This document shows, piece by piece, positions 37,005 through 47,231 of a stretch of DNA of 64,000 nucleotides. This stretch comes from Dehalococcoidia bacterium (GTDB lineage: Bacteria; Chloroflexota; Dehalococcoidia; Lucifugimonadales; UBA3495): NCBI GenBank assembly GCA_965232895.1, contig OZ247430.1, positions 3,601,343 through 3,665,342 on the forward strand, in the 5' to 3' direction. Positions within the stretch are counted from its first letter, which is position 1; each line of letters starts with the position of its first letter. The translations under genes were made by a program, and so were the position numbers. The notes under the pieces were generated by a model, which was not told the origin of the DNA, searched no databases, and worked only from the letters and a program-made list of their open reading frames with translations.

Positions 37005-37396
37005 CCGCAGCCAACAACCCGGTATCCGATGGCGTGATAATCCGCCCTCATTGGCTGGCAATGGTGCGGGACATATTGCAGCAGTATGTCCCGGAGCGGG
37101 AAGTACGCGCCTTTGGCTCCCGTGTTACCGGCGGCAATCGACCGTTCTCCGACTTGGACATTGCCATCTGTGGAGACGAGCCGGTGGACGATGCGGCTTT
37201 GTTCGGGTTGCGCGAGGCGTTGGAAGTATCGGATTTGCCAATTAACGTTGACGTGGTGCCGCTACAGCAGGCGTCGCCGCACGTCGTTGACGCCGTGAGC
37301 CAACGCAGTGTCGTTATTCAGAAAAGACCGGCTGTAGCGGATTATGCGGGTTGCAGACACGAGAAAAGTGAGGATACTAATGAGCCTGGAAGGTAA
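37001..37396 (+). CDS. MNT nucleotidyltransferase antitoxin
   Basis: AFGSRVTG...SDLDIA...VDVV; ATGA overlap. Confidence 0.88.
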   Translation: MTAANNPVSDGVIIRPHWLAMVRDILQQYVPEREVRAFGSRVTGGNRPFSDLDIAICGDEPVDDAALFGLREALEVSDLPINVDVVPLQQASPHVVDAVSQRSVVIQKRPAVADYAGCRHEKSEDTNEPGR

Positions 37397-38228
37397 AGTC
37401 GCTTTGATAACCGGCGCCGGCGGCATGCGCGGCGTGGGCCGCGCCACGGCGCTCAAGTTGGCCTCCCAGGGCGCCCAGGTCGCCATAACCGACGTTCGCC
37501 GACCCGTGGAAGACCTGCCGCCGGGTGAAGTTCGCGCCGAGTGGCAGTCTATCGACACGGTGGCCGAAGAGATCCGCTCCCAGGGTGGTCAGGCTTTCCC
37601 GGTTTACGCCGACCTGTCCAACTCCGATGAGATCGAGGGACTGGTAGCGGAGACCATAAACCACTACGGTCGTCTCGATATTATGGTCAACAATGCCCGT
37701 GCCATCATTGGTCGAGACAAGGTACCGGTCACCGAGCTGGAGGAGGACGTGTGGCAGCATTTCCTCGCCATCAACACCACCGCCGTCTTCCTGTGCACCA
37801 AGTACGCCGGGCGGGAGATGGTTCGTCTGGGTAACGGCGGCCGCGTGGTCAACATTGCCAGCAACGCCGGCAAGCAGGCCAGCGCCGACGGCGCCGCGTA
37901 TTCCGCCAGCAAATTCGCCGTCATCGGACTGACCCAGGCCTCCGCCATGGATCTCGCTCCCCACGGGATCACCGTCAACGCCGTCTGCCCAGGCCCGATC
38001 AACACCGACCGCATGAGCTACTGGGAACGCGACCAGGCCGCCCAGCGGGGACTGACCCAGGAGGAATTCCGCGCCCAGGTGGTGGCGGCCTCCTCCGACC
38101 GCACTCCCCTAGGTCGCATCGCCGAACCGGAAGACGTGGCTAACCTGGTGGCGTTCCTGTCCGGTCCCGACTCCAGCCTGATAACCGGGCAGTCCTACAA
38201 CGTCAACGGCGGCATTTTGTTCCACTGA
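37380..38228 (+). CDS. SDR family oxidoreductase
   Basis: TGAGGMRGVG, NNA, YSASK and VCPG motifs. Confidence 0.9.
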   Translation: MSLEGKVALITGAGGMRGVGRATALKLASQGAQVAITDVRRPVEDLPPGEVRAEWQSIDTVAEEIRSQGGQAFPVYADLSNSDEIEGLVAETINHYGRLDIMVNNARAIIGRDKVPVTELEEDVWQHFLAINTTAVFLCTKYAGREMVRLGNGGRVVNIASNAGKQASADGAAYSASKFAVIGLTQASAMDLAPHGITVNAVCPGPINTDRMSYWERDQAAQRGLTQEEFRAQVVAASSDRTPLGRIAEPEDVANLVAFLSGPDSSLITGQSYNVNGGILFH

Positions 38229-38262
38229 TTCGTCCCCGCACGACCTATCGAGGTGTCACCTT

Positions 38263-39222
38263 ATGCAGTACGGCATAACGCTCCCCGGCCGGGGCCCCCT
38301 GTCCACTCCCGACAACCTGGCGACCGTCGCCCAGCGGGCTGAAGCGTTGGGCTTCGACTCCGTGGCCCTGGGCGACCATATCCTGGTGCCCAGGAATATC
38401 GATTCGGATTACCCCTATACCGAGACCGGCGAATTCCCCGGCTCGGCATCAGGTCAGGCCATGGAGCAGATCACGGCGCTGGCATACATGGCCGGGTGCA
38501 CCAGCTCAATTCGACTGGCGACCTCGGTGCTCATCGTGCCCCATCGCAACCCGCTGGTGGCCGCCAAGGCTCTGGCGACCCTCGACATGCTGTCCGGCGG
38601 CCGGCTCATCGTGGGCGTCGGCGTCGGTTGGTGTCGCGAGGAGTTTGAAGCCGTCGGTTGCGAACCCTTCGACGAGCGCGGACCCGTGACCGACGAGTAC
38701 ATCCGCGCCTTCAAGGAGCTTTGGACCTCCGATGATCCGACGTTCGAAGGCCAGTACGTGAGTTTCTCCGACATCTGGTTCCTCCCCAAGCCGGTTCAAA
38801 AGCCGCATCCGCCTTTCTGGGTTGGCGGTGAAAGCCGACCGGCCATACGCCGCGCTGCGACCCTCTGCGACGGGTGGTATCCCATTGGCAACAACCCGGC
38901 CTTCCCCGTTGGCACGCCGGAAGCGCTCGAGAACAGCATCGGCCGCCTGCGTAGCACAGCCGAGCGCGCGGGACGGAATCCCGATGAAATCCAAATCATC
39001 TACCGCTCCCACGACTACCGTATCAACGGAACCGACACCAGCCCGGACCGCACTCGGTTTACCGGCAGTGGCGAACAGATCGCGGGCGACATCCGCCAGT
39101 ACGAAGAGATGGGCGTGAGTTACCTGGTGCTCGACATCGCCCGCCTGAGCGCCGACGGCAACCTGGAAGAGACCCTGGGACACCTGGAAGACTTCACCAC
39201 TCAGGTCGCCGCGCGGGTGTAG
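38263..39222 (+). CDS. LLM class (probably F420-dependent) oxidoreductase
   Basis: GFDSVALGDH, ATLDMLSGGR and PKPVQKPHPP motifs. Confidence 0.88.
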   Translation: MQYGITLPGRGPLSTPDNLATVAQRAEALGFDSVALGDHILVPRNIDSDYPYTETGEFPGSASGQAMEQITALAYMAGCTSSIRLATSVLIVPHRNPLVAAKALATLDMLSGGRLIVGVGVGWCREEFEAVGCEPFDERGPVTDEYIRAFKELWTSDDPTFEGQYVSFSDIWFLPKPVQKPHPPFWVGGESRPAIRRAATLCDGWYPIGNNPAFPVGTPEALENSIGRLRSTAERAGRNPDEIQIIYRSHDYRINGTDTSPDRTRFTGSGEQIAGDIRQYEEMGVSYLVLDIARLSADGNLEETLGHLEDFTTQVAARV

Positions 39223-39261
39223 TCGGGCGCTGCTAATACGTCCCCGGCGCGTTTCACGGTC

Positions 39262-40314
39262 ATGCGCTCGCCGATGGCGTACGCACTTTCGGAAGCCAAC
39301 GCCGTCGACTACCTGCTTGGTCACGGGCTGATATCCGCCGCCCAGGCGAGTTCGGCCTCTGCCCATGAGCTCGGCGGCGGCGTATCCAATATCGTCGTCC
39401 GCGTGGACTTTGGCGGCCAGCCTGACGGCGTCGTAATCAAGCAGTCCCTCCCTCGTTTGCGCGTCCGGCAGGAATGGCTGGCGGACCAGGCGCGCATCCA
39501 TCGCGAGGCGGCAGCCCTGCGGTATTTGGAGGGCGTGTTGCCGCGACCGGCCCTGCCGGCTGTGCTTCACGACGACCCGGCAAATTTCCTGTTCGTGATG
39601 ACCGCCGCGCCGGAGGGCGCCCGGACATGGAAAGATGACCTCCTTTCCGGGCGCATCGATACACAGGTCGCCGCGGAGGTCGGGCGTTTGTTGGGCGCAA
39701 TGCACCGACAATCCGCCATCGCCGAGGACGCCATACCTCCTGACCTCCAGGAATTTTCCGATCAACGCTGCTTCGTTCAACTGAGGGTCGATCCCTATCA
39801 CCGGGCCACTGCCCAGGTGCATACCGACTTGGCGGAGCCCATCGAAGGCGAAGCCCAGGCCATGTTGGGCCGTCGCCTCTGCCTCGTGCATGGCGATTAC
39901 AGCCCCAAGAACGTCATCGTCTTCCACGCCGATGGGGAACCAACTGCGTTCTTGCTGGACTTCGAAGTCGTTCACCTTGGCAACCCGGTTTTCGATCTGG
40001 CGTTCATGTTGAATCATCTCACCTTGAAAGCCATCCACCGGCCCGACCTCGCAGAGCGGTTCAACGCGGCCGGCGCTGCGTTCTGGTCCGCCTACTGCTC
40101 CAACGCGCCGGCCTTCGTCGCCGACGCCCTGCAACTCCAGAGCGAGACAATCCGCCAAATGGGTGTGCTATTGCTGGCTCGAATCGACGGCAAATCACCG
40201 GCCGAGTACATCACGACCAATTCGCAGAAATCCGTTGCCCGCCGCCTTGCCAGGATGATCCTCGGCAACGAAATCCGTTCATTGCCGGATTTGCATGATG
40301 CCCTGGTCAGTTGA
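39262..40314 (+). CDS. Phosphotransferase (APH / methylthioribose kinase-like)
   Basis: GGGVSN, VIKQ, HGDYSPKN and LDFE motifs. Confidence 0.82.
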   Translation: MRSPMAYALSEANAVDYLLGHGLISAAQASSASAHELGGGVSNIVVRVDFGGQPDGVVIKQSLPRLRVRQEWLADQARIHREAAALRYLEGVLPRPALPAVLHDDPANFLFVMTAAPEGARTWKDDLLSGRIDTQVAAEVGRLLGAMHRQSAIAEDAIPPDLQEFSDQRCFVQLRVDPYHRATAQVHTDLAEPIEGEAQAMLGRRLCLVHGDYSPKNVIVFHADGEPTAFLLDFEVVHLGNPVFDLAFMLNHLTLKAIHRPDLAERFNAAGAAFWSAYCSNAPAFVADALQLQSETIRQMGVLLLARIDGKSPAEYITTNSQKSVARRLARMILGNEIRSLPDLHDALVS

Positions 40315-40439
40315 CCATCCTGGAATGACTGGCGTCCAAAAAATCTGGTGACACTGTCTGCGGCTACGTAGTACACTTGCCGCGCGGGTATCCGGCCCAA
40401 GGCCCGGGCGCCCAGCTCCCGATCAGAGGAGATGAGAGC

Positions 40440-40913
40440 TTGCCGCAGGAATTGACCGCCGGGTTGGATGGGACCGGCCTTCGCGTCGCGGTGGTTGCCG
40501 CTCGGTTCAACTATGTGATCACCAAGAACCTGATGGAAGGCGCCGTTTCCACGCTGGCCCAGTACGGCGTACGCGATGGGGACATCACCACTTCATGGGT
40601 TCCGGGCTCCTTTGAGCTGCCCGTGGTCGCCAAATCGTTGGCTCAATCCGGGCGCTACGACGCGGTGATTTGCCTGGGCGCCGTGATACGTGGCGAGACC
40701 AGTCACTATGACATGGTGTGCAATCAGGCGGCCTCCGGGATCGCCGCAGTTGGTCGCGAGACCGGCATTCCGACCATGTTTGGTGTATTGACCACCGAAA
40801 ACATGGAGCAGGCCATCAACCGGTCCGGCGGCAAGGTTGGCAACCTGGGCTCCGACTGCGCGGTCGGCGCCATCGACTGCGCCCGCCTTTTGCAGGCGAT
40901 CAAGACCGGCTGA
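40440..40913 (+). CDS. ribH: 6,7-dimethyl-8-ribityllumazine synthase
   Basis: ARFN, VPGSFELP and GAVIRGETSHYD motifs; TTG start after GAGGAG. Confidence 0.95.
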   Translation: MPQELTAGLDGTGLRVAVVAARFNYVITKNLMEGAVSTLAQYGVRDGDITTSWVPGSFELPVVAKSLAQSGRYDAVICLGAVIRGETSHYDMVCNQAASGIAAVGRETGIPTMFGVLTTENMEQAINRSGGKVGNLGSDCAVGAIDCARLLQAIKTG

Positions 40914-40936
40914 GGCGACGGCGGGTGTGAACAGCA

Positions 40937-41626
40937 ATGCAGGCTACCGTAGAGTTCGACCCCAGTTACTCTCTGCTGACCATTGACCTTACGGCTGGCG
41001 AATCCATCAAGGCCGAACCCGGAGCGATGGTCGCGCAGCAGGGGGTTGCGATGACCACCGGAATGAGCGGCTCGGGTGGCCTTTTCGGGGGGATACGCCG
41101 CATGATGGGCGGCGAGTCATTTTTCGTAAACACCTTCACCGCCGAGGGCGCCGGAGGCTGGGTCAGCCTGGCTCCGCCCGCTCCCGGCGACGTTGGATCC
41201 TTTACCCTGGAGCCGGGCGATAACCTGTTCCTGCAGTCCAGTTCGTTCCTGGCCAGCACCGGCAACGTGCAGATCGACAGCCAGTTTCAGGGATTTCGCG
41301 GGTTTTTCAGCGGAGAGAGCCTGTTCTTTATCCGCGCCTATGCTCAGCAGGGCACGGGTACCGTGTACTACAACTCCTACGGCGCCATCAAACAGGTTGC
41401 GGTGAACCCGGGCCAGGAGTTGGTGGTGGATACCGGGCACCTCGTGGCCTTCAGCGACGACGTCGAATATTCAATTGGCAAAGTCGGCGGCATCCGCTCG
41501 CTCATTGCCGGCGGCGAGGGTCTGGTGATGAAATTCCGCGGCCGCGGAACCGTGTGGATCCAAACGCGCAACCTTGCCTCCCTGGCCGAAAAGCTCAACC
41601 CCTTCTTACCCAAGCGGGGGCAATAG
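40937..41626 (+). CDS. TIGR00266/AIM24 family protein
   Basis: AEPGAMV, GGESFFVNTF, VDTGHLVAF and GEGLV...WIQTR motifs. Confidence 0.88.
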   Translation: MQATVEFDPSYSLLTIDLTAGESIKAEPGAMVAQQGVAMTTGMSGSGGLFGGIRRMMGGESFFVNTFTAEGAGGWVSLAPPAPGDVGSFTLEPGDNLFLQSSSFLASTGNVQIDSQFQGFRGFFSGESLFFIRAYAQQGTGTVYYNSYGAIKQVAVNPGQELVVDTGHLVAFSDDVEYSIGKVGGIRSLIAGGEGLVMKFRGRGTVWIQTRNLASLAEKLNPFLPKRGQ

Positions 41627-41751
41627 CTTCCGGCTTGACCGCTGGTCAAAGTCCGCGCTGACTGCGGCGCACCGCAAGTTGGTTGTGGTTCTCTGATTAA
41701 TCTCCGGCGCTCTCCGCGGCGCCTCGTTTCCGCTGGCACAGGAGTACAAAC

Positions 41752-42669
41752 ATGGAATTTGGCGTGACCATACCCAACAACTGGGGTGTCGAAGACCCCC
41801 AGGCAGTAGTCAATTTTGGTCCGCTGGCGGAAGAGTTGGGGTTCGATTCCGTTTGGGTAATGGATCACCTTTTCAACAACGGTTACATCCGCGAACGGCT
41901 GGACGACAAACCTTACTACCATCCCATGGCGACGCTGTCCCATGTGTCAGCCCTGACTTCACGGGTGAAACTGGGCACATCGGTGCTCGTTTTGCCGTAC
42001 CACAACCCGGTGGAGTTGGCGAAGTACGCTGCCACGCTGGATCAGATGTCCGGTGGCCGGGTGATCCTGGGCGTTGGAGTTGGCGCCATGGCCCCGGAAT
42101 TCGAGGCGTTGGGGATACCGTTGAACCAGCGCGGTTCCCTGACCAATGAGTCCATGGACATCATGCGCGAGCTGTGGTCCAACGAAGACCCTCGGTACAG
42201 CAGCGATCGCTGGGAATTTGGCGACCTCAAGTTCGCACCCAAGCCGGCGCAATCCGCGGGCGGATCGCTTCACGTGCCGCTCTGGGTGGGTGGCGGCAGT
42301 CCCGGAGCCCTGCGTCGCGCCGCCCGGCGAGGCAACGGGTGGCATCCGTCCGGCATGAGCGCCGAGGAGTTCGCCATTGGTCGCCAGCGCGTCCGGGAGT
42401 TGGCCGAGTCCGCAGGCCGCAACCCGGACGACCTGGCGATGTCCGCCCGCGTGGAGGTGGAAGCCCACGGCGGCCCGTCCAGCCAGCGCTCCGCCGACCG
42501 CTCTCGCCTCCCGGGCGATGACCCAGCGGGGATGGTCGCCGGCATCGCCGCCTACCAGGAGGCGGGGGTCGAGCACATCGTCCTGGCCCTCAACACGGGC
42601 GATGTCGGACGTCTCAGGGAATTGATGCATTCTATCGCCGCGGACGTTATCCCGCAGTTTCAGCAATAG
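41752..42669 (+). CDS. LLM class (probably F420-dependent) oxidoreductase
   Basis: GFDSVWVMDH, LGTSVLVLP and ATLDQMSGGR motifs. Confidence 0.88.
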   Translation: MEFGVTIPNNWGVEDPQAVVNFGPLAEELGFDSVWVMDHLFNNGYIRERLDDKPYYHPMATLSHVSALTSRVKLGTSVLVLPYHNPVELAKYAATLDQMSGGRVILGVGVGAMAPEFEALGIPLNQRGSLTNESMDIMRELWSNEDPRYSSDRWEFGDLKFAPKPAQSAGGSLHVPLWVGGGSPGALRRAARRGNGWHPSGMSAEEFAIGRQRVRELAESAGRNPDDLAMSARVEVEAHGGPSSQRSADRSRLPGDDPAGMVAGIAAYQEAGVEHIVLALNTGDVGRLRELMHSIAADVIPQFQQ

Positions 42670-42748
42670 CCGCGGACCTGAGGGATAGCGGGCCTGCCCG
42701 GTCTCGCAATGGAATGAAGCGAACGGGACATTGGCAGCCTATGGCGTG

Positions 42749-43264
42749 TTACTCCCGGACGATTGCGTAGAGCCATTGGTCGATGACCTGCCCGTCCTTG
42801 ATCGCGCTTTTGCGCATAAGTCCTTCGTATCGGTAGCCCGCCTTTTCCAGCACCCTCGCTGATGCCGGGTTCCATTCCATCACCGTTGCGTACAGCCTAA
42901 CCAGATCAATCTCGATAAAAGCGTATTCGGTCAGGGCCTTCAAGGCGGCGGTGGCTATTCCCCTGCCCCAGAACGGTTCGCCCAGCCAATACCCCACTTC
43001 CGCCGAAAGTCTGGCCACATCGCTTTGCCGCAGCATTCCTATGCAGCCGATGGTTTCGGTGGCCGACGCGATGGCGAATATCGTCTCGGGGCTTTGCTGC
43101 ATGGCATATTGGATCCATTCTTGCGCATCCTCAATGCCGTAAGGATATGGGTGTTGGTCCCAGATGTTGCGCCACACCGCCCGGTTGTTTCCGTATTTCG
43201 CCAAAGCCGGAGCATCCGACGGCTGGAAACTCCGTATCTGCCATTCGCCGAATTCAATGCGCAT
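42749..43264 (-). CDS. GNAT family (RimJ/RimL-like) acetyltransferase
   Basis: AEVGYWLGEPFWGRGI and NPASARVLEKAG motifs. Confidence 0.88.
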   Translation of the reverse strand: MRIEFGEWQIRSFQPSDAPALAKYGNNRAVWRNIWDQHPYPYGIEDAQEWIQYAMQQSPETIFAIASATETIGCIGMLRQSDVARLSAEVGYWLGEPFWGRGIATAALKALTEYAFIEIDLVRLYATVMEWNPASARVLEKAGYRYEGLMRKSAIKDGQVIDQWLYAIVRE

Positions 43265-43346
43265 AGGTGCTTCCTGGAAAGCAACGGAGGACGATGTCAA
43301 ATCGCCCTCCGAACTGGTTTCCCGCTGGCGCAGAGGAGCCTGCAAG

Positions 43347-45614
43347 CTACAAGTTAGCCTCGAGCACGCTGCCCGGTGTGATGGGCAGGCTCGTCAGCCG
43401 TTGGTCGGTGGCATGACCCACCGCGTTGGCGACGGCCGCCAACGGGGGAACGATGGGAACCTCTCCAACACCGCGAACTCCGTACGGATGCCCTGGATTG
43501 GCGACTTCCACGATGACCGTGTCGATCATGGGCAGATCCAGCGAAGTCGGCATGCGGTAATCCAGGAAGCTGGAGTTCATCATCTGTCCGTTGTCACTGA
43601 AGTAATACTCTTCGTTCAACGCCCAGCCGATGCCCTGGACTGCTCCACCCTGGATCTGCCCTTCCACGTAGCTGGGATGCACCGCTTTGCCGGCATCCTG
43701 GATGGCGGTGTAGCGCAGGATTTCGGTCTTTCCGGTTTCCGGATCAACCTCAACGTCCACCAGATGCACGCCGAAGGAATTGCCCTCGCCGGTCGGGTCG
43801 AGGCTCGCGGTGCCGGTGATGCCGCCACCGGTGGTGTAAAGTTGGCGCGCCAGATCCTTGAAGGTGAAGCTCAACTCTTCCGACTTGTGCCGGATCACGC
43901 CATCTTCGTACTCAACCTCTTCGACCGGCACATCCCAGATGGAAGCGGCCCGCTCCACCATTTGCCCCTTGACGTCTTCCGCCGCGAGAATGGCCGCCCA
44001 ACCGGTCGCAAAGGTAGTACGGCTACCGCCGGTGACCATGGTGAACCCGATAGAGTCTGTGTCAACCACCTGTGGCTTGATGTCCTCGTAGGCTATACCC
44101 AGGGTCTCCGCCGCCTGCTGCGCGATGGAAGCCCGGGAGCCGCCAATATCAACCGACCCCTCGATCAGGTTGACCGTCCCGTCCGGATTGACCGTCATGT
44201 TGACGCTGGAATGGAAGCCCCGGTTCATCCAAAAGCCGGCAGCGATGCCGCGCCCGCGGTTCGGTCCTGCCAGAGGCGTGCGGTAGTGCTCGTGGTTACG
44301 CGCCGCTTCCAGGCATTCCACCAGGCCGATCTTTTGGAACACCGGACCCTCAACCTTGCGCGAACCCTCGGTCACCGCGTTGTTCAGGCGGAATTCCACC
44401 GGGTCCACGCCCAGCTTCTGGCAGACCTCGTCCACGACCTGCTCCACTCCAAACGCAGCCTGTGGCGATCCCGGAGCCCGATAGGCAGCCGTTTTGGGCT
44501 TGTTGACGACTACGTCGTAACCTTCGATGGTCCCGTTTTCCAGTTCGTAGCACGCGAAGGCGCAGGTCGCGCCCTGCATCACCGGAGAACCGGGATAGGC
44601 GCCCGCTTCAAAAGCCAGCTCGATTTCCGCGGCAGTAATCTTGCCCGCTGAGTTCGCGCCCATCTTGACGCGCATCCAACTCCCGGGAGCGGGCCCGCTG
44701 CCCTCGAATACTTCGGTGCGGGTCATCAACAACTTGACCGGGGCGCCGGCCTTCCGGGACAGCAGCGCGGCGACCGGCTCCAGGTAGAACGTGACCTTGC
44801 CACCGAATCCGCCGCCGATCTCCATGGGAGTTACCCGAACGTTCGACACGTCAACCCGCAACACGTCAGCGGTATTGGCGCGCACCACAAAAGCGCCCTG
44901 GGTGCTGCACCAGACATTGATCTGCCCGTCGGCGCGCCAGTGAGCCGTCGCGTTATGCGGTTCGATGTATCCCTGATGCACTGAAGCCGTGGTGAATTCG
45001 CGTTCGACGATCACGTCGGAGTTGGCGAAACCGGCCGCAGTATCGCCCTTCTCGAATTTCATGTAGGAGGCGACGTTGCTGGGCTTGTCCGAGACCTCGC
45101 CCATGGCGGACGTGTGAATCAGATCATCGTGGAGCAGCGGGGCGCCGTCCTGCATCGCGGCGCGCACGTCGATCACGGGCTCCAACACTTCGTAGTCGAC
45201 GCTGATCAGGGACAGCGCCGCTTCCGCGATGTGGGCATTGTCCGCAGCGACGGCGGCGACGGCGTGCCCGCGATACAGCGCCTTGTCGCTGGCTAGGAAA
45301 TTGTCGCTCAGGAACTTGAACCGGTTGTAGTCGTTGCCCAGGTCCTCTTTGCTGAGTGCAGCCAAAGGCAGATCAGCGGCGCTCACCACCGCTCGCACGC
45401 CATCCAGCGCTTCCGCCCGGGACGTATCGATGGACTTGATGCGGGCGTGGGCATGCGGGCTTCGCAAGACTCGAGCCTGCAACATGCCGGTAAGGTCAAG
45501 GTCCGCGCCGTACTGGGCGCGACCCGTAACTTTATCGACTCCGTCGGGACGCACGGGGCGCGTCCCGACCACTTCGAATTCCACTTCCGATAGCACTTGG
45601 TTGGCCGTGGTCAA
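43347..45614 (-). CDS. Xanthine dehydrogenase family molybdopterin-binding subunit
   Basis: DKVTGRA, HQGYIEP, IGGGFGGK, AYRAPG and GQIQGG motifs. Confidence 0.93.
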   Translation of the reverse strand: MTTANQVLSEVEFEVVGTRPVRPDGVDKVTGRAQYGADLDLTGMLQARVLRSPHAHARIKSIDTSRAEALDGVRAVVSAADLPLAALSKEDLGNDYNRFKFLSDNFLASDKALYRGHAVAAVAADNAHIAEAALSLISVDYEVLEPVIDVRAAMQDGAPLLHDDLIHTSAMGEVSDKPSNVASYMKFEKGDTAAGFANSDVIVEREFTTASVHQGYIEPHNATAHWRADGQINVWCSTQGAFVVRANTADVLRVDVSNVRVTPMEIGGGFGGKVTFYLEPVAALLSRKAGAPVKLLMTRTEVFEGSGPAPGSWMRVKMGANSAGKITAAEIELAFEAGAYPGSPVMQGATCAFACYELENGTIEGYDVVVNKPKTAAYRAPGSPQAAFGVEQVVDEVCQKLGVDPVEFRLNNAVTEGSRKVEGPVFQKIGLVECLEAARNHEHYRTPLAGPNRGRGIAAGFWMNRGFHSSVNMTVNPDGTVNLIEGSVDIGGSRASIAQQAAETLGIAYEDIKPQVVDTDSIGFTMVTGGSRTTFATGWAAILAAEDVKGQMVERAASIWDVPVEEVEYEDGVIRHKSEELSFTFKDLARQLYTTGGGITGTASLDPTGEGNSFGVHLVDVEVDPETGKTEILRYTAIQDAGKAVHPSYVEGQIQGGAVQGIGWALNEEYYFSDNGQMMNSSFLDYRMPTSLDLPMIDTVIVEVANPGHPYGVRGVGEVPIVPPLAAVANAVGHATDQRLTSLPITPGSVLEANL

Positions 45615-45719
45615 TTTGGTTCACCTCCATAACGATGTAGGGGCGAATGATCATTCGCCCCTACGTTGAGAACATCGAAACCGGTGCCGGATCGTTCGCC
45701 GCCGACAACGAACAAGAGC

Positions 45720-46196
45720 TTATGCCCGCATTCGTTCTCCCGCGTCAATTACCGCGCGGACGATCTTGTCGTAACCGGTGCAACGGCACAGATTGCCGGC
45801 CAGCCAGTGGCGTATGCGCGCCTCGTCGGCGTCCGGCTCGGCCTCCAGAAGGGCCTTGGCGGCGACAATGAACCCCGGCGTGCAGATTCCGCACTGGAGG
45901 GCAGCGTTTTCCAGGAATGCCTGCTGAATGGGATGCAGCCCTTCAGCGGAGGCCACACCCTCAATCGTATTGACCTCGGCACCCTGTGCCTCCACTCCCA
46001 GGACCAGGCACGAAGTGACGATGCGACCGTTCAGATTGACGGTGCAGGCTCCACAGTTGCCGTCGTTGCAACCCTCCTTGGAGCCGGTCATACCCACGAC
46101 GTCGCGAAGGCATTCCAACAGGCTCTGTCGCGGCTCGCACAGGAAGTCGCTCTGGTTACCATTGATTGTGGTGGTTACGTGGACAAGTCCGGGCAT
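45720..46196 (-). CDS. Xanthine dehydrogenase family [2Fe-2S] subunit
   Basis: GCNDGNCGAC, QCGICTPG and NLCRCTGY motifs. Confidence 0.94.
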   Translation of the reverse strand: MPGLVHVTTTINGNQSDFLCEPRQSLLECLRDVVGMTGSKEGCNDGNCGACTVNLNGRIVTSCLVLGVEAQGAEVNTIEGVASAEGLHPIQQAFLENAALQCGICTPGFIVAAKALLEAEPDADEARIRHWLAGNLCRCTGYDKIVRAVIDAGERMRA

Positions 46197-46198
46197 TG

Positions 46199-47074
46199 TT
46201 ATTCCTCCCCTCGGGCGCGCCGGATGGCGATGTTCAGGGTGCGGCGGGTCAGCACATCCACCAGGTGATGCCGCTGGCGAATCGTGCCGCGCATGTCGGT
46301 GATAGGGGTCGCGGCCTCGCTGGCCAGGCGTCCCGCCTCGGCGATCGCGTCGTCCGAAACTGCCTTTCCGGCCAGGCTGTCGCCGGCTGCGGTGGCCAGA
46401 ATCGGGGTTGGCCCTACGGAGGCCAGGGCGATGCGCGCGGACTGGACCGTCTGTCCCGACGCGTCGAGAACCACAGAAGAGGAAACGCCGGCTACGGCGA
46501 TGTCCATCTCATTCCGCGGGATGAAACGCAGGTATGCGGTGCCTGAATTGGCGGCTGGAGCCGGGATCTGGATGCCAACCAGAATTTCGCCGGGTTCCAG
46601 GACACTGCGGCCCGGTCCGGTGCAGAAATCCTCGGCTGCGACGGCGCGCCAGCCATTGGGGCCGTTGATGTGCGCTTCGCCACTCAGAGTAATTATCGGA
46701 GGGATACTGTCGCCGGAAGGCGCAGCATTGCACAGGTTCCCGCCGATCGAAGCCCGGCCCTGGATCTGGATACTCCCGATAAGACCGGCGGCATCAATCA
46801 AACCGGGATAGGCAGCGGCTACCGCCTGGTTCTGATAGATCTCGTAACACGGCACGGCAGCGCCCAGGCGCAGTCCGCTGTCGGTCAATTCGATCTGGTT
46901 CAATTCGGGGATGCTCTTGGCATCCACCAGAACGTCCAGTTCTCGCCTGCCGCCACGCAGTTGGACGATTATGTCCGTTCCACCGGCCAACGGGCGGGCG
47001 CGATCGCCGTTTGCGGACAACACCGAAACGGCTTCGCTGAGAGATGTAGGGGCAACGTAATCAATAGCTCGCAT
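46199..47074 (-). CDS. Xanthine dehydrogenase family FAD-binding subunit
   Basis: LAGGTD and IGGNLCNAAPSGD motifs; GGAGG RBS. Confidence 0.93.
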   Translation of the reverse strand: MRAIDYVAPTSLSEAVSVLSANGDRARPLAGGTDIIVQLRGGRRELDVLVDAKSIPELNQIELTDSGLRLGAAVPCYEIYQNQAVAAAYPGLIDAAGLIGSIQIQGRASIGGNLCNAAPSGDSIPPIITLSGEAHINGPNGWRAVAAEDFCTGPGRSVLEPGEILVGIQIPAPAANSGTAYLRFIPRNEMDIAVAGVSSSVVLDASGQTVQSARIALASVGPTPILATAAGDSLAGKAVSDDAIAEAGRLASEAATPITDMRGTIRQRHHLVDVLTRRTLNIAIRRARGEE

Positions 47075-47094
47075 GGGCACCTCCTCCGGCGCAG

Positions 47095-47103
47095 ATTATA
47101 GCA
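47095..47103 (-). promoter_or_regulatory. Extended -10 promoter of the Mo-hydroxylase operon
   Basis: TGC-TATAAT on the minus strand. Confidence 0.55.
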
Positions 47104-47231
47104 CGAACGACGGCCTCGTCAGCAGTCGTTTGCCCGAAGCCGGCGGTAGCTAACGCACGATGCCGGCCAGGGCAATAAATCATCAAGGGACGTGCGCCAT
47201 CATACCGTAACCGGAACGGTCGCGCCACAAA

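Noticed and set aside
40315-40439. FMN riboswitch upstream of ribH
   Set aside because: The conserved FMN aptamer sequence is not visible and the leader is short.
43347-47074. Aerobic CO dehydrogenase or Se-dependent hydroxylase linked to the selenoproteins
   Set aside because: The active-site loop is AYRAPG rather than AYxCSFR; no in-frame TGA or Se-cofactor maturation genes in the window.
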